DNA of 64,000 nucleotides from Escherichia phage vB_EcoM-LTH02. Below, one piece after another: positions 45,223 to 54,144 of the stretch (positions within the stretch are counted from its first letter, which is position 1; every line of letters begins with the position of its first letter). The stretch lies in sequence record PP430346. One strand, given 5' to 3'. Below the pieces are notes generated by a model. That model saw only the letters and a list, made by a program, of their open reading frames with translations, searched no databases and was not told where the DNA came from. The translations under genes were made by a program, and so were the position numbers.

Positions 45223-45464
45223 TGACTTATGTAATTTACTCCAAAACTGGATGCCCTCAGTGTGAGACTGCAAAGAATTTTGCAAAGGCTCGTGGTATTG
45301 ACCATGTTGTGAGAATGTTAGGGCAGGATTATGAGTTATCAGACCTGATGGATATTGCACAGATGCCAGTTCGTCAGATGCCATTCATCATGAGAACTGA
45401 TGGTCAAAATCTAAAACCTGTTGGAACACTACAGAATTTTATGGCAGAGGTGAATAATGCTTAA
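45222..45464 (+). CDS. Glutaredoxin/NrdH-like redoxin
   Basis: 80 aa with CPQC active site in thioredoxin-fold context; translationally coupled to nrdB (TAATG). Confidence 0.6.
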   Translation: MTYVIYSKTGCPQCETAKNFAKARGIDHVVRMLGQDYELSDLMDIAQMPVRQMPFIMRTDGQNLKPVGTLQNFMAEVNNA

Positions 45465-45663
45465 ACGCCTTTGGGAAGGTTTGGTTGTTGATGCGCCAGC
45501 TATTGTGATTGGTATGCTTGTTGTTAACCTATTTACTGATTTTGAACAAGGTTCATTGTTTGGAGCCATGTTACTATGGGTTATCTTTGAAATATTAGAG
45601 ATACAGCTAGGCATTACTGAAAAACTAAGAAAACTCGTTTCAAAGTTTTCTAAAAAGATTTAA
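45457..45663 (+). CDS. Small membrane protein
   Basis: Hydrophobic 68-aa ORF; RBS AGAGGTG. Confidence 0.3.
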   Translation: MLKRLWEGLVVDAPAIVIGMLVVNLFTDFEQGSLFGAMLLWVIFEILEIQLGITEKLRKLVSKFSKKI

Positions 45664-45671
45664 AATGAAAG

Positions 45672-45692
45672 GGTCTCTTCGGAGACCTTTTT
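45672..45692 (+). terminator. Rho-independent terminator
   Basis: GGTCTC-TTCG-GAGACC followed by TTTTT. Confidence 0.6.
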
Positions 45693-45711
45693 AGCATGTA
45701 AAGGGGCAATA

Positions 45712-47856
45712 ATGAACAAAGTACAGATTATTAAAAAGAATGGCTCACTTGAAGAACCTGATATCAAAAAAGTTTTAGCAGCAGTAACTAAGTCAGCTAA
45801 CAGGGTTGGGTATAAAGAACTTCCACCAGATGTTACCCAAGCTCTTGAGTCAGCATTTATGAGGATTCTGGTAAAGTCCACTAAGCAGAATAATTTGCTC
45901 ATCTCGGTAAATGACATTCACAGTATTGTTGAAGGTGCTTTGGCAGAAGTCAACCACGAGATTTACGAGTCTTACTCAACATATAGAAATTACCGTAAAG
46001 AGGTTGCTCAAAATTGGGATGAGCTTTACCAAAAGACTAAAGACACACTCTTCTTAGGTGACCGTGAAAATGCTAACTTTGACAGCAGTTTAATTTCTAC
46101 AAAAGGTTCAATTATTCGTGGCTATCTGACTAAAGAAATCTTTAAACAATACCATTTAACACCAGAGGAACTCGAAGCCATTGAAAAAGGGTTTATCTAC
46201 ATCCATGACTTAAGAGACCTAATTTTTGGTGGTATCAACTGTTGCCTGTTTGACATCGGTAAAGTACTGAAAGGTGGCTTTGAAATGTCTGGCATTGAAT
46301 ACTGTGAACCGAAGTCTGTGCTGTCAGCCTTACAGGTTATTGGTGATGTAGTTCTTTCAGCAACTGCACAGCAATTTGGTGGATTTACTTTAGCAGAGAT
46401 TGATAAGGTGCTTGTACCGTATGCTAAGAAGTCTCTACGCTATCATGCTGAGAAAGCAGCATCTTACGGTATTCCTAAAGAACATTACCATAACTATGTC
46501 ATGGAGCAGCTACAGATTGAATTAACTCAAGGCTTCCAGTCACTAGAGATGAAGCTAAATACTGTACCTTGTAGCCGTGGTGATTTCGCATTCACAACTT
46601 TAACATTTGGTTTACTTGACTCAGATATGTCTAATGAAGACAACCGACTACAATACATGATTGCAAACACTATTCTTGATGTTCGCATGAATGGACAAGG
46701 TAAGAGCAAGAAGCCTGTTGTATTCCCTAAGCTGGTTTATATTCATGACCAGAAGAGACACGATGAGAATATCTGTCAAGGTCAACTGTACAGTAAAGCT
46801 ATTGATTGTTGCTCTAAAGCTATGTATCCAGATTTCTTAAGTGTATCTGGTCATGGTGCTGTAGCAGAGGCTTTTGAGCGTTCTGGCAAGGTAATTTCAC
46901 CGATGGGTTGCAGAGCTTTCTTATCCCCATATCTTAACGAGAATGGAGAAGAGTTCTACGTTGGTCGTGCTAACATTGGTGCTGTATCTTTGAACTTACC
47001 AATGATTTACCAGTATTCTAAAGAGAGTGGTTTAGATTTCTGGAAAGAGCTTGATAAGTACCTAGAGATGATTCGCAGCTTCCACAAGAAACGCTACGAG
47101 ATGATTGCTAATATGCCAGCAAGTTCTAACCCTCTTGCATTCACACAAGGTGGTCTGTACAAAGGGACTAAGAAGCCTACTGACAAGGTTGGTTGGGATA
47201 TCGTGAAGTCTTTCACAGCTTCTTTTGGGGTTACTGCTCTTGATGAACTATCTGTTCTTGCTGAGGGTAAACGACTTCATGAAGTTGGAAGCTGTAGTTT
47301 TGCATACGATGTTCTGGCATACATTAACATGAAAACTGAAGAGTTTAAGAATGAAGATGGCTTCTTATATGCGGTATATGGCACTCCAGCAGAGTCATTG
47401 TGTGGAACTCAGTTAAAACAGTTCAGAGATATGTTTGGCGTTATCAAAGGCGTTTCTGATAAGGAATATTTTACAAACAGTTTCCATATGAATGTTGCAG
47501 CAGATATCTCACCATTTGAGAAGCAGGACTTAGAAGAGCCATTCTTCCATATCTGTAGAGGCGGCAGAATCCAGTATGTGAGGGTAGCTAACCCAGAAAA
47601 CTTACCAGCACTTAAAAGTTGTATTACAAGAGGGATGTTGAAAGGCTTTTATCAGGGACTTAACTTTGACTTAGCAATCTGCGAACATTGTGGCAACAGA
47701 CCAAAGGCTGATGTTGAAGAATGTGAGGTTTGCCATTCACATGACATCTCTGTGATTAACAGAGTGTGTGGGTATCTTGGGTGGACTAAGATTAAAGGTG
47801 AATCCCGAATGAATGATGCAAAAATTGCTGAGATTCGTGACAGGGTTTCTATGTAA
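45712..47856 (+). CDS. nrdD: Anaerobic ribonucleoside-triphosphate reductase (class III)
   Basis: C-terminal glycyl-radical motif RVCGYLG preceded by zinc-ribbon cysteines (CEHCGN...CEVCHS). Confidence 0.8.
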   Translation: MNKVQIIKKNGSLEEPDIKKVLAAVTKSANRVGYKELPPDVTQALESAFMRILVKSTKQNNLLISVNDIHSIVEGALAEVNHEIYESYSTYRNYRKEVAQNWDELYQKTKDTLFLGDRENANFDSSLISTKGSIIRGYLTKEIFKQYHLTPEELEAIEKGFIYIHDLRDLIFGGINCCLFDIGKVLKGGFEMSGIEYCEPKSVLSALQVIGDVVLSATAQQFGGFTLAEIDKVLVPYAKKSLRYHAEKAASYGIPKEHYHNYVMEQLQIELTQGFQSLEMKLNTVPCSRGDFAFTTLTFGLLDSDMSNEDNRLQYMIANTILDVRMNGQGKSKKPVVFPKLVYIHDQKRHDENICQGQLYSKAIDCCSKAMYPDFLSVSGHGAVAEAFERSGKVISPMGCRAFLSPYLNENGEEFYVGRANIGAVSLNLPMIYQYSKESGLDFWKELDKYLEMIRSFHKKRYEMIANMPASSNPLAFTQGGLYKGTKKPTDKVGWDIVKSFTASFGVTALDELSVLAEGKRLHEVGSCSFAYDVLAYINMKTEEFKNEDGFLYAVYGTPAESLCGTQLKQFRDMFGVIKGVSDKEYFTNSFHMNVAADISPFEKQDLEEPFFHICRGGRIQYVRVANPENLPALKSCITRGMLKGFYQGLNFDLAICEHCGNRPKADVEECEVCHSHDISVINRVCGYLGWTKIKGESRMNDAKIAEIRDRVSM

Positions 47857-47864
47857 AACTTGAC

Positions 47865-47906
47865 AAGGTGGTGTGAGTCTTGATAGGCTTACATCACCTT
47901 TTTTAT
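47865..47906 (+). terminator. Rho-independent terminator after nrdD
   Basis: 15-bp stem (AAGGTGGTGTGAGTC/GGCTTACATCACCTT with G-U wobbles), loop TTGATA, then TTTTTTATT. Confidence 0.55.
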
Positions 47907-48010
47907 TGGATGTTAGATATGGCAGAGAGCATCATTGGCCTGTTCATAGGTTCTGTCTTACTGGGGTTCTTTTTAGGACTCTCTTATTGTGAGTTGAGAG
48001 ATAAGTTAAA

Positions 48011-48211
48011 ATGTTTAAAATATCAAAAACGTTGATATACATACTTCACATTCTAATCTTCTTCTTTGGAGTTAGTGTTATGGTATGGGGTTTTTCAGAC
48101 CCACAATGGAGTTTCACATATCATGGTCAGATGGATTTATGGTCATGCTTCAAACCATTTTTAGGGTTAGCTATAGCATTCAGTGCATTACCAACTAAGG
48201 TGAAATTATGA
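48011..48211 (+). CDS. Small membrane protein
   Basis: 66-aa hydrophobic ORF. Confidence 0.3.
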   Translation: MFKISKTLIYILHILIFFFGVSVMVWGFSDPQWSFTYHGQMDLWSCFKPFLGLAIAFSALPTKVKL

Positions 48212-48603
48212 TTAAGTTGAACAAAAAACAGTTAGAGTGGATTAAAGATTACGCCTCAGAGTGTGGCTCTTGCGAAAAGAATCACGTAAGATACTCAACA
48301 TTCCATACGGTCTTCACATTGCACATAGGTGACAACGTTCTAAGTGATTCCGTAGAAGACGGTGTAGCGTTACCTAATGAATTACTTGACAAATTAGCTG
48401 TAGTCACTGGAACTTGGTCTGAAGAAGATGGTCATGAACTATCTGGTGATGTTGTCTTCTACACCCTTGAAAACATCATGAATCCAGAGTACATTATGCT
48501 AATGACTTGTGCACAAGACTGTGTGCCACTACAGGACTTCATTAAAGAACACTGTGAAGAATTTATTACTAAACAAGTTCCTTGTCAGGTGGTATTTGAA
48601 TGA
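48208..48603 (+). CDS. Hypothetical protein
   Basis: 131-aa ORF coupled to the previous one (ATGA). Confidence 0.35.
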   Translation: MIKLNKKQLEWIKDYASECGSCEKNHVRYSTFHTVFTLHIGDNVLSDSVEDGVALPNELLDKLAVVTGTWSEEDGHELSGDVVFYTLENIMNPEYIMLMTCAQDCVPLQDFIKEHCEEFITKQVPCQVVFE

Positions 48604-48638
48604 GTAAAAGGCTTAAATAATATTGGTGAGGTAACTAG

Positions 48639-49124
48639 ATGAATTACATGGAGATTCGACCATTTGACACAGCTAATGGTGAAGGGGTTCGTGTAAGCCT
48701 CTTCGTAGCTGGCTGTAAACATCACTGTGAAGGCTGCTTTAACAGGGAGTCTTGGAAGTTTAATGCTGGTAAAGTGTTTACTTATGCAAACCTTTACGGC
48801 ATCATTAAGTTAATGGATGATAATGCTATCAGTGGGCTGTCAATACTTGGTGGGGAGCCTCTGGATGACAGAAACATTCAAGAGGTCACCAACATATGCA
48901 AGCGTATCAAAACTGTTTATCCAGAAAAGTCTATATGGCTTTGGACAGGTTTTCAGTTACATGAAAAAATCCACTTAGATGTGATGAAATATGTTGACGT
49001 GGTGGTTGATGGTAAGTATGATTCTTCTAAACCAACAGTTAAACCATATCGTGGTTCTGATAACCAAAACCTCTGGAGAAAAGAGTATGGGTGGCAAGGT
49101 GACTGTCAATGGCGAGCAGAGTGA
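48639..49124 (+). CDS. nrdG: Anaerobic RNR activating enzyme (radical SAM)
   Basis: CxxxCxxC cluster (GCKHHCEGCFN) near the N-terminus; adjacent to nrdD. Confidence 0.75.
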   Translation: MNYMEIRPFDTANGEGVRVSLFVAGCKHHCEGCFNRESWKFNAGKVFTYANLYGIIKLMDDNAISGLSILGGEPLDDRNIQEVTNICKRIKTVYPEKSIWLWTGFQLHEKIHLDVMKYVDVVVDGKYDSSKPTVKPYRGSDNQNLWRKEYGWQGDCQWRAE

Positions 49125-49161
49125 ATCTCGTCGTAAAATTGGCTACGGAAAAGGTGAGATA

Positions 49162-49464
49162 ATGATTATCTCTTTTAATAGTGCTTTATTAGGCACTTAT
49201 AAGGTTAAGACTGAACTCCTTAATGAGTGGAAAAAGTATACAAACTCACTTTTTGGTAATGTTGGAATGGAAGCCTTAGCAGAGATTGAGAAGGCTGGAA
49301 CATTCGAAGTTGTTGGTAAAGGCCACTTTACAATGTTCTACAAAACAAATTTAAACGTTGGTGACAGTGTTGTTGGTGTCACTGAAGAAGAACTCAAAAC
49401 ATTTTGTGAAAAGATTGAGAGAGATACTAAATGGGAATCTGGAATAGTTTTAAATCAAAAGTAA
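49162..49464 (+). CDS. Hypothetical protein (track start 48991 lies inside nrdG)
   Basis: ATG at 49162 preceded by AAGGTGAG. Confidence 0.3.
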   Translation: MIISFNSALLGTYKVKTELLNEWKKYTNSLFGNVGMEALAEIEKAGTFEVVGKGHFTMFYKTNLNVGDSVVGVTEEELKTFCEKIERDTKWESGIVLNQK

Positions 49465-49688
49465 AAGCAGCACTGGCATCACTAGGTATGCTTACTGGTG
49501 TGGATGTGACTCATCTAATGCAGAACTTCAAGATGGATGAGAAGCTGGCTAATGAGATTATGAAAAGCATCTATGTAGGTCGTGGAAAAGGTGGTAAAAA
49601 ACAAGCACATCGACCAACTGGTGCAGCAGCAATTAAACGTGCAGCTAAAAAAGCTCGTAACCGTAAACGTAACAAGAAGGCTAAATAA
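49431..49688 (+). CDS. Small protein with highly basic C-terminus
   Basis: C-terminus KRAAKKARNRKRNKKAK. Confidence 0.3.
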   Translation: MGIWNSFKSKVKAALASLGMLTGVDVTHLMQNFKMDEKLANEIMKSIYVGRGKGGKKQAHRPTGAAAIKRAAKKARNRKRNKKAK

Positions 49689-49690
49689 TC

Positions 49691-50011
49691 ATGAGCAAAG
49701 TTTATAACACTCGTAAATTACAGATTTTCGTACTGTGCCAGTTTATGGCTAAAGAGTATAACTTTTATTACTGTGGCACAGGATTCATTAGTGATGATGA
49801 CGGTTCATACCTCCCATTCAAAGAGGCTGTAAAACTCTTCAATGAAGAGAAAAGCTCTAAGAAAGATATTGAAAAGGTTAAGCTAACCTACAGCAAGAAA
49901 GATAAGAAGATTATCTGCCTAGATAACTTTGTAAAAGTTACTGGAGAAGCAAAAGAGTTTATGGATGAGAGTGAGATTTCATTCACAAGCATCTTGAAAG
50001 TAGCTCAGTAA
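49691..50011 (+). CDS. Hypothetical protein
   Basis: 106-aa ORF followed by hairpin and T-run. Confidence 0.35.
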   Translation: MSKVYNTRKLQIFVLCQFMAKEYNFYYCGTGFISDDDGSYLPFKEAVKLFNEEKSSKKDIEKVKLTYSKKDKKIICLDNFVKVTGEAKEFMDESEISFTSILKVAQ

Positions 50012-50024
50012 ACAGATACTATAA

Positions 50025-50053
50025 GGGGACTGTAAAGGTTCCCTTTTTATTTT
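50025..50053 (+). terminator. Candidate terminator
   Basis: Short stem GGGGA/TTCCC followed by TTTTTATTTT; weaker than the others. Confidence 0.35.
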
Positions 50054-50062
50054 GGAGATAAA

Positions 50063-50578
50063 ATGTATCTGTCAAACCTGAAACGTTCGGCTGCAATGTC
50101 AGTTCTAAGACTCAGCTTTGAGGAACGTCAAGAGTTCATTGACTCCCACCAATACGACCCTTCTAACTCAAATCATATGGTTCTCTGGAATCGTGAGAGT
50201 ACTCGTGAAAGAGCACTATTCCGCTATTACCCACACTACACTATAGATAACCTGTATGAATGTTTTGTTGTGAAGAACACCATTACAGTTCTCAATAAAC
50301 TTTGCAGATACACAGGTAGTCAATCCTTCACATTAGGTCACCACAAGCCTGTTACAAAAGGTGGTGAACATCACTGCGCAAACTGGTTTATCCAAACTAA
50401 AGCTGATAACCAGAAGCAAGGAGATAGCCTTCTAAGTACTCCTAAGATGACCTATGAAGAGCAAGAGAAATATATCAAAAATAATATGCCAGATGTGCTT
50501 GACAACAACTATACAGATTTGGCAATATCTCTCCTGTTGAAGTTTGAGACAGTTTATAGGGCAACTTACAATGGCTAA
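50063..50578 (+). CDS. HNH endonuclease-like protein
   Basis: GHHKPVTKGGEHHCANWFIQTKADNQKQGD fits the HNH His-His...Asn...Asn core. Confidence 0.55.
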   Translation: MYLSNLKRSAAMSVLRLSFEERQEFIDSHQYDPSNSNHMVLWNRESTRERALFRYYPHYTIDNLYECFVVKNTITVLNKLCRYTGSQSFTLGHHKPVTKGGEHHCANWFIQTKADNQKQGDSLLSTPKMTYEEQEKYIKNNMPDVLDNNYTDLAISLLLKFETVYRATYNG

Positions 50579-50849
50579 AGAGAAGTGGGAGATTCTACCA
50601 TTAGTGAGTGAAGGTGGTAACGGCTGTGAGATGTACATGATACGTGGTCATGTCCCAGAACCAATTGCACTTGAGATGGTAAACAATTTTACAGATGGCT
50701 CTTACAAAGATTTAGGAGAGCCAACTATAAAGCATCAATGGGTCAAACCTGTACCAGACAGCACAGGTAACTGTAGTGTACTTTATCACGTTGTAGACCC
50801 TGCAAAATGCAAATCTGCAATGGCAGTAACAAACATAACCTTTGATTGA
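50571..50849 (+). CDS. Hypothetical protein (track start 50544 is TTG)
   Basis: ATG at 50571 overlaps the HNH stop. Confidence 0.3.
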   Translation: MAKEKWEILPLVSEGGNGCEMYMIRGHVPEPIALEMVNNFTDGSYKDLGEPTIKHQWVKPVPDSTGNCSVLYHVVDPAKCKSAMAVTNITFD

Positions 50850-50860
50850 GAGAGAAAACT

Positions 50861-51742
50861 ATGAAAACTGTTATTGAAGTCGTTGTCACCGCACAAGAGA
50901 AATTCTTCCACACAGAAAAATTTAATATCATCCAATTCCCATCTGGAGAAATTGGTGGAAACTTCTCTGAAGATTTTGTTAAGTTTACTGAGCGTAATGC
51001 TGGTAATATTGACAATGTTATACTTACTGTGCAGGGATATGATAAAGATACACTGTTTGCATTAGCTTTGGCTAAGGATGCCGTTGACAGCCTTGTTCCA
51101 CATAAATCAGCGATGAAAACCGTTGTTTTCGGGTTCTTACCGAATGCTCGATATGACCGCCATATGTTCAAAGGCGATTCAGCAGCACTAAAAGCTTTTG
51201 CCAACCTCGTTAATGCAATGGGCTTTGATGCAGTATGTGCTCTTGACCCTCACAGTAATGTTGCAGAAAACTTATTTAAGTGCTTCCAAAGCATGAAGCA
51301 AAAAGATGTGGCAGCACACTTCGCAAGTGACCCACGCATTGATTTCTTGGTAGCCCCAGATGCAGGTGCAGCTAAGAAGACTGAAGAGACTGCTAAAGAG
51401 GTGGATAAACCATACATCACAATGTCTAAAGTGCGTAACCTTAAGACTGGTGAAATTACTGGTATGCGAATCCTTGATGATGTTGATTTGACCGATAAAA
51501 CTGTCATGATTCTCGATGATATCTGTGATGGTGGTCGAACCTTCATAGAGGCAGCTAAACATCTTCGTGAAGCAGGTGCAAAACGTGTGGAACTCTATAT
51601 AACTCATGGCATTTTCTCTAAAGGTGTTGAAAACTTACTTGACAATGGTATTGACCATATCTACACTACAAACTCTTTAGGAGAAGCTAAAGACCGTGGC
51701 TTAACACATTATGCCCAAGTTACTGTAATTACCATTGATTGA
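50861..51742 (+). CDS. prs: Ribose-phosphate pyrophosphokinase-like enzyme (Prs homolog; candidate ADPR-pyrophosphate synthetase)
   Basis: PRPP-binding loop motif ILDDICDGGRT and overall Prs-like length; ATG at 50861 with purine-rich RBS (track start 50846 is TTG). Confidence 0.75.
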   Translation: MKTVIEVVVTAQEKFFHTEKFNIIQFPSGEIGGNFSEDFVKFTERNAGNIDNVILTVQGYDKDTLFALALAKDAVDSLVPHKSAMKTVVFGFLPNARYDRHMFKGDSAALKAFANLVNAMGFDAVCALDPHSNVAENLFKCFQSMKQKDVAAHFASDPRIDFLVAPDAGAAKKTEETAKEVDKPYITMSKVRNLKTGEITGMRILDDVDLTDKTVMILDDICDGGRTFIEAAKHLREAGAKRVELYITHGIFSKGVENLLDNGIDHIYTTNSLGEAKDRGLTHYAQVTVITID

Positions 51743-51751
51743 AACTTTATA

Positions 51752-51772
51752 GGGGCTTCAAAGCCCCATTTT
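51752..51772 (+). terminator. Rho-independent terminator
   Basis: GGGGCT-TCAA-AGCCCC followed by ATTTT. Confidence 0.5.
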
Positions 51773-51787
51773 GAGAGAGATTAAAAG

Positions 51788-53569
51788 ATGACTAAATCAC
51801 TTTATGCAGTACCAGCAGGTTTAAATGCAGATGCTTACAAATCTGGTCACATTTACCAGTATCCTAGTGCAACAGAATACTTGATGTTCAACCTAACACC
51901 ACGTAGTGATAAATGGTTTAACAGCCCTTTATCAATTGACGGTGTAGTGGCTTTTGGTATTCAACGTTTTGTTAAAGATTACCTGATAGACCACTGGAAT
52001 GCCACCTTCTTTGAACGTGACAAAAAAGAAGCAATTGACGAAATCTTAGAAGTCATGAACGGTGTTCTGGGTAAAGATGCTATTGGTCGAGAACATTGGG
52101 AAGCACTCCATGACTTAGGTTATCTACCAGTTGAAGTATACGCTGTAGAAGAAGGCACAGTTGTTCCTATGCGTGTACCAATGATTGTCTTCCAGAATAC
52201 TGTTTCAGGTTTCCATTGGGTAGCTGGGTATCTGGAAGATGCTTTCTCTGCTGAGATTTGGAAGGCTTGTACCATTGCAACTATTGCATTGCACTACAAA
52301 CGTATCTGTAAGAAGTGGTCTGACCTTACTTGTGACAACGACTTGCATTTGCCTTATCAGTGCCATGACTTTGCTATGCGTGGTATGTCCGGCTTTACCG
52401 ATGACGCATTTAACGCTGTAGGCCACTTAACCAGCTTTAAAGGAACTGATAGCTTCCCTGCTGTGTATACAGCTAAACGCATCTATGGACAGTCCTACCC
52501 AATCTCTGATATTGGTAGCTCTGTACCAGCCACTGAACACTCTGTAATGTGTGCAAACATTGCTTGGGAAGGTGGTAGTGAGTTGATTGAAGAAGAAAGA
52601 CGCTTTAAAGGTGAGTTACAAACCTTCCGTCGTTTCTTAACAGAAACTTACCCAACTGGTATTGCAAGTGTTGTTTCAGACACTTATAACTTCTGGAGAA
52701 CTGTATCAGTCATATTACCAGAACTCCGTAAAGAGATTATGGAACGTAATGGCAAACTAGTAATTCGTCCTGACTCTGGAGACCCTGTACATATTGTCAC
52801 AGGCTATAAAGCAATCCATTTAGAGTGTGCTAAAAAGGCTTATTACGAACACTTAAGCAAGCTGGAAGCCAGCGACACAATGTTGAATGCTGTTCTGAAC
52901 ATGAAGCTTGAAAACATCAATTATGGTATTGCTGGATGGCTACTGTCAGAAGGCTACGAAATGGTTGTTGACAGAGAAGACTTTGAAGTTGCTGATACAG
53001 TGCTGTTGAAAAACGCTTATATGGTTGGTTCTGCAAACGTTGTAACACGTCCTGTAGCGGAGATTGATGGAGCTATTAAGACACTGTATAACATCTTTGG
53101 GGGGGCTATCAACTCTAAAGGCTTTAAAGTACTGGATGAGCATATTGGACTTATTTATGGCGACTCTATCACGTTGGAACGTGCAAATGAAATACTGAAG
53201 CGTTTGTATGAAATGGGTTTTGCAAGCTCTAACGTAGTGTTTGGTGTAGGTTCTTACACTTACCAGTACATGACTCGTGACACCTTTGCATTTGCTGTCA
53301 AAGCAACCCTTGCAAGCATTGGTGGTAAAGAGATTATGCTTGCAAAAGACCCTAAAACAGATAGTGGTGTTAAGAAGTCTGCTTTTGGTGGTGTAGCACC
53401 TATGTGGGATGGTGAAAATCTGAAAGCTGTAGATGGCTATGGGTTCCAGAGCTTTGCAGATGCACTTGAACATCCAGCTTGTGCTTTACGTCTAGTCTTT
53501 AGCGACTCTGAGCAGTTCGGCTACACAACTCTTGGTGATATTCGAAATAATATTGACAAGCAGCTTTAA
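51788..53569 (+). CDS. nadV: Nicotinamide phosphoribosyltransferase-like enzyme (NAMPT/NadV homolog)
   Basis: Type II phosphoribosyltransferase motif RPDSGDP plus NAMPT-like length; immediately downstream of the Prs-like gene. Confidence 0.75.
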   Translation: MTKSLYAVPAGLNADAYKSGHIYQYPSATEYLMFNLTPRSDKWFNSPLSIDGVVAFGIQRFVKDYLIDHWNATFFERDKKEAIDEILEVMNGVLGKDAIGREHWEALHDLGYLPVEVYAVEEGTVVPMRVPMIVFQNTVSGFHWVAGYLEDAFSAEIWKACTIATIALHYKRICKKWSDLTCDNDLHLPYQCHDFAMRGMSGFTDDAFNAVGHLTSFKGTDSFPAVYTAKRIYGQSYPISDIGSSVPATEHSVMCANIAWEGGSELIEEERRFKGELQTFRRFLTETYPTGIASVVSDTYNFWRTVSVILPELRKEIMERNGKLVIRPDSGDPVHIVTGYKAIHLECAKKAYYEHLSKLEASDTMLNAVLNMKLENINYGIAGWLLSEGYEMVVDREDFEVADTVLLKNAYMVGSANVVTRPVAEIDGAIKTLYNIFGGAINSKGFKVLDEHIGLIYGDSITLERANEILKRLYEMGFASSNVVFGVGSYTYQYMTRDTFAFAVKATLASIGGKEIMLAKDPKTDSGVKKSAFGGVAPMWDGENLKAVDGYGFQSFADALEHPACALRLVFSDSEQFGYTTLGDIRNNIDKQL

Positions 53570-53584
53570 AAGTATATGATAAGA

Positions 53585-53605
53585 GGCTCCTACGGGAGCC
53601 TTTTT
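53585..53605 (+). terminator. Rho-independent terminator
   Basis: GGCTCC-TACG-GGAGCC followed by TTTTT. Confidence 0.6.
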
Positions 53606-53622
53606 AATTTCTGGAGAAGATT

Positions 53623-53958
53623 ATGAAAATCAAAGAAATGAACATCAACATTGTCTTAGAAGAACGCTGGGAGAACATCAAGAAGCCTGAAAATGGTCAT
53701 AAGTTCCTCAACAAAATCTTAGTAGCAGCTAAAGAAGAACTGACTGGCAAGGTTGCAGCAGCAATCACAATAAAGGTGTGTGTAAAGGGTCTTCCAGACA
53801 ATCACCAATTTGCACTTGACGAGTTTAAAGAAAGCTTCTACAATCCAAACAAACAGATGCTTGAAAGTAACTTTGCAGTGTCTACAAGTATCGTCCATGA
53901 CAGAAGCTTTATCCTTTACAAGAATATGAGAGGTGAGTCATGCAAGCATATTGGATAG
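53623..53958 (+). CDS. Hypothetical protein
   Basis: 111-aa ORF with GGAGAAG RBS. Confidence 0.35.
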   Translation: MKIKEMNINIVLEERWENIKKPENGHKFLNKILVAAKEELTGKVAAAITIKVCVKGLPDNHQFALDEFKESFYNPNKQMLESNFAVSTSIVHDRSFILYKNMRGESCKHIG

Positions 53959-54116
53959 AAATTTTACTGTCACTTGGTAGTGTAGCAGTGCTTGTTTACC
54001 TTCTTTGTAAGTACTTTGCAGAGCACAAAAAATGTGAATACTGCAACGGAGAGGGGTACATAAGGGCAGGTTGTTGCCCTATGTGTGGTGGTTCTGGTAA
54101 AATGTTTAATAAGTGA
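53940..54116 (+). CDS. Small membrane zinc-ribbon protein (58 aa) not in the supplied track
   Basis: ATG at 53940 after GAGGTGAG; N-terminal hydrophobic helix then CEYCNG...CPMCGG. Confidence 0.35.
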   Translation: MQAYWIEILLSLGSVAVLVYLLCKYFAEHKKCEYCNGEGYIRAGCCPMCGGSGKMFNK

Positions 54117-54144
54117 TTTAAAAGAAAACTAAGAGGAAAGTATT

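Noticed and set aside
47860-47865. TTGACA at 47860 as a promoter -35 element
   Set aside because: No acceptable -10 at 15-19 bp; the hexamer is part of the 15-bp terminator stem after nrdD.
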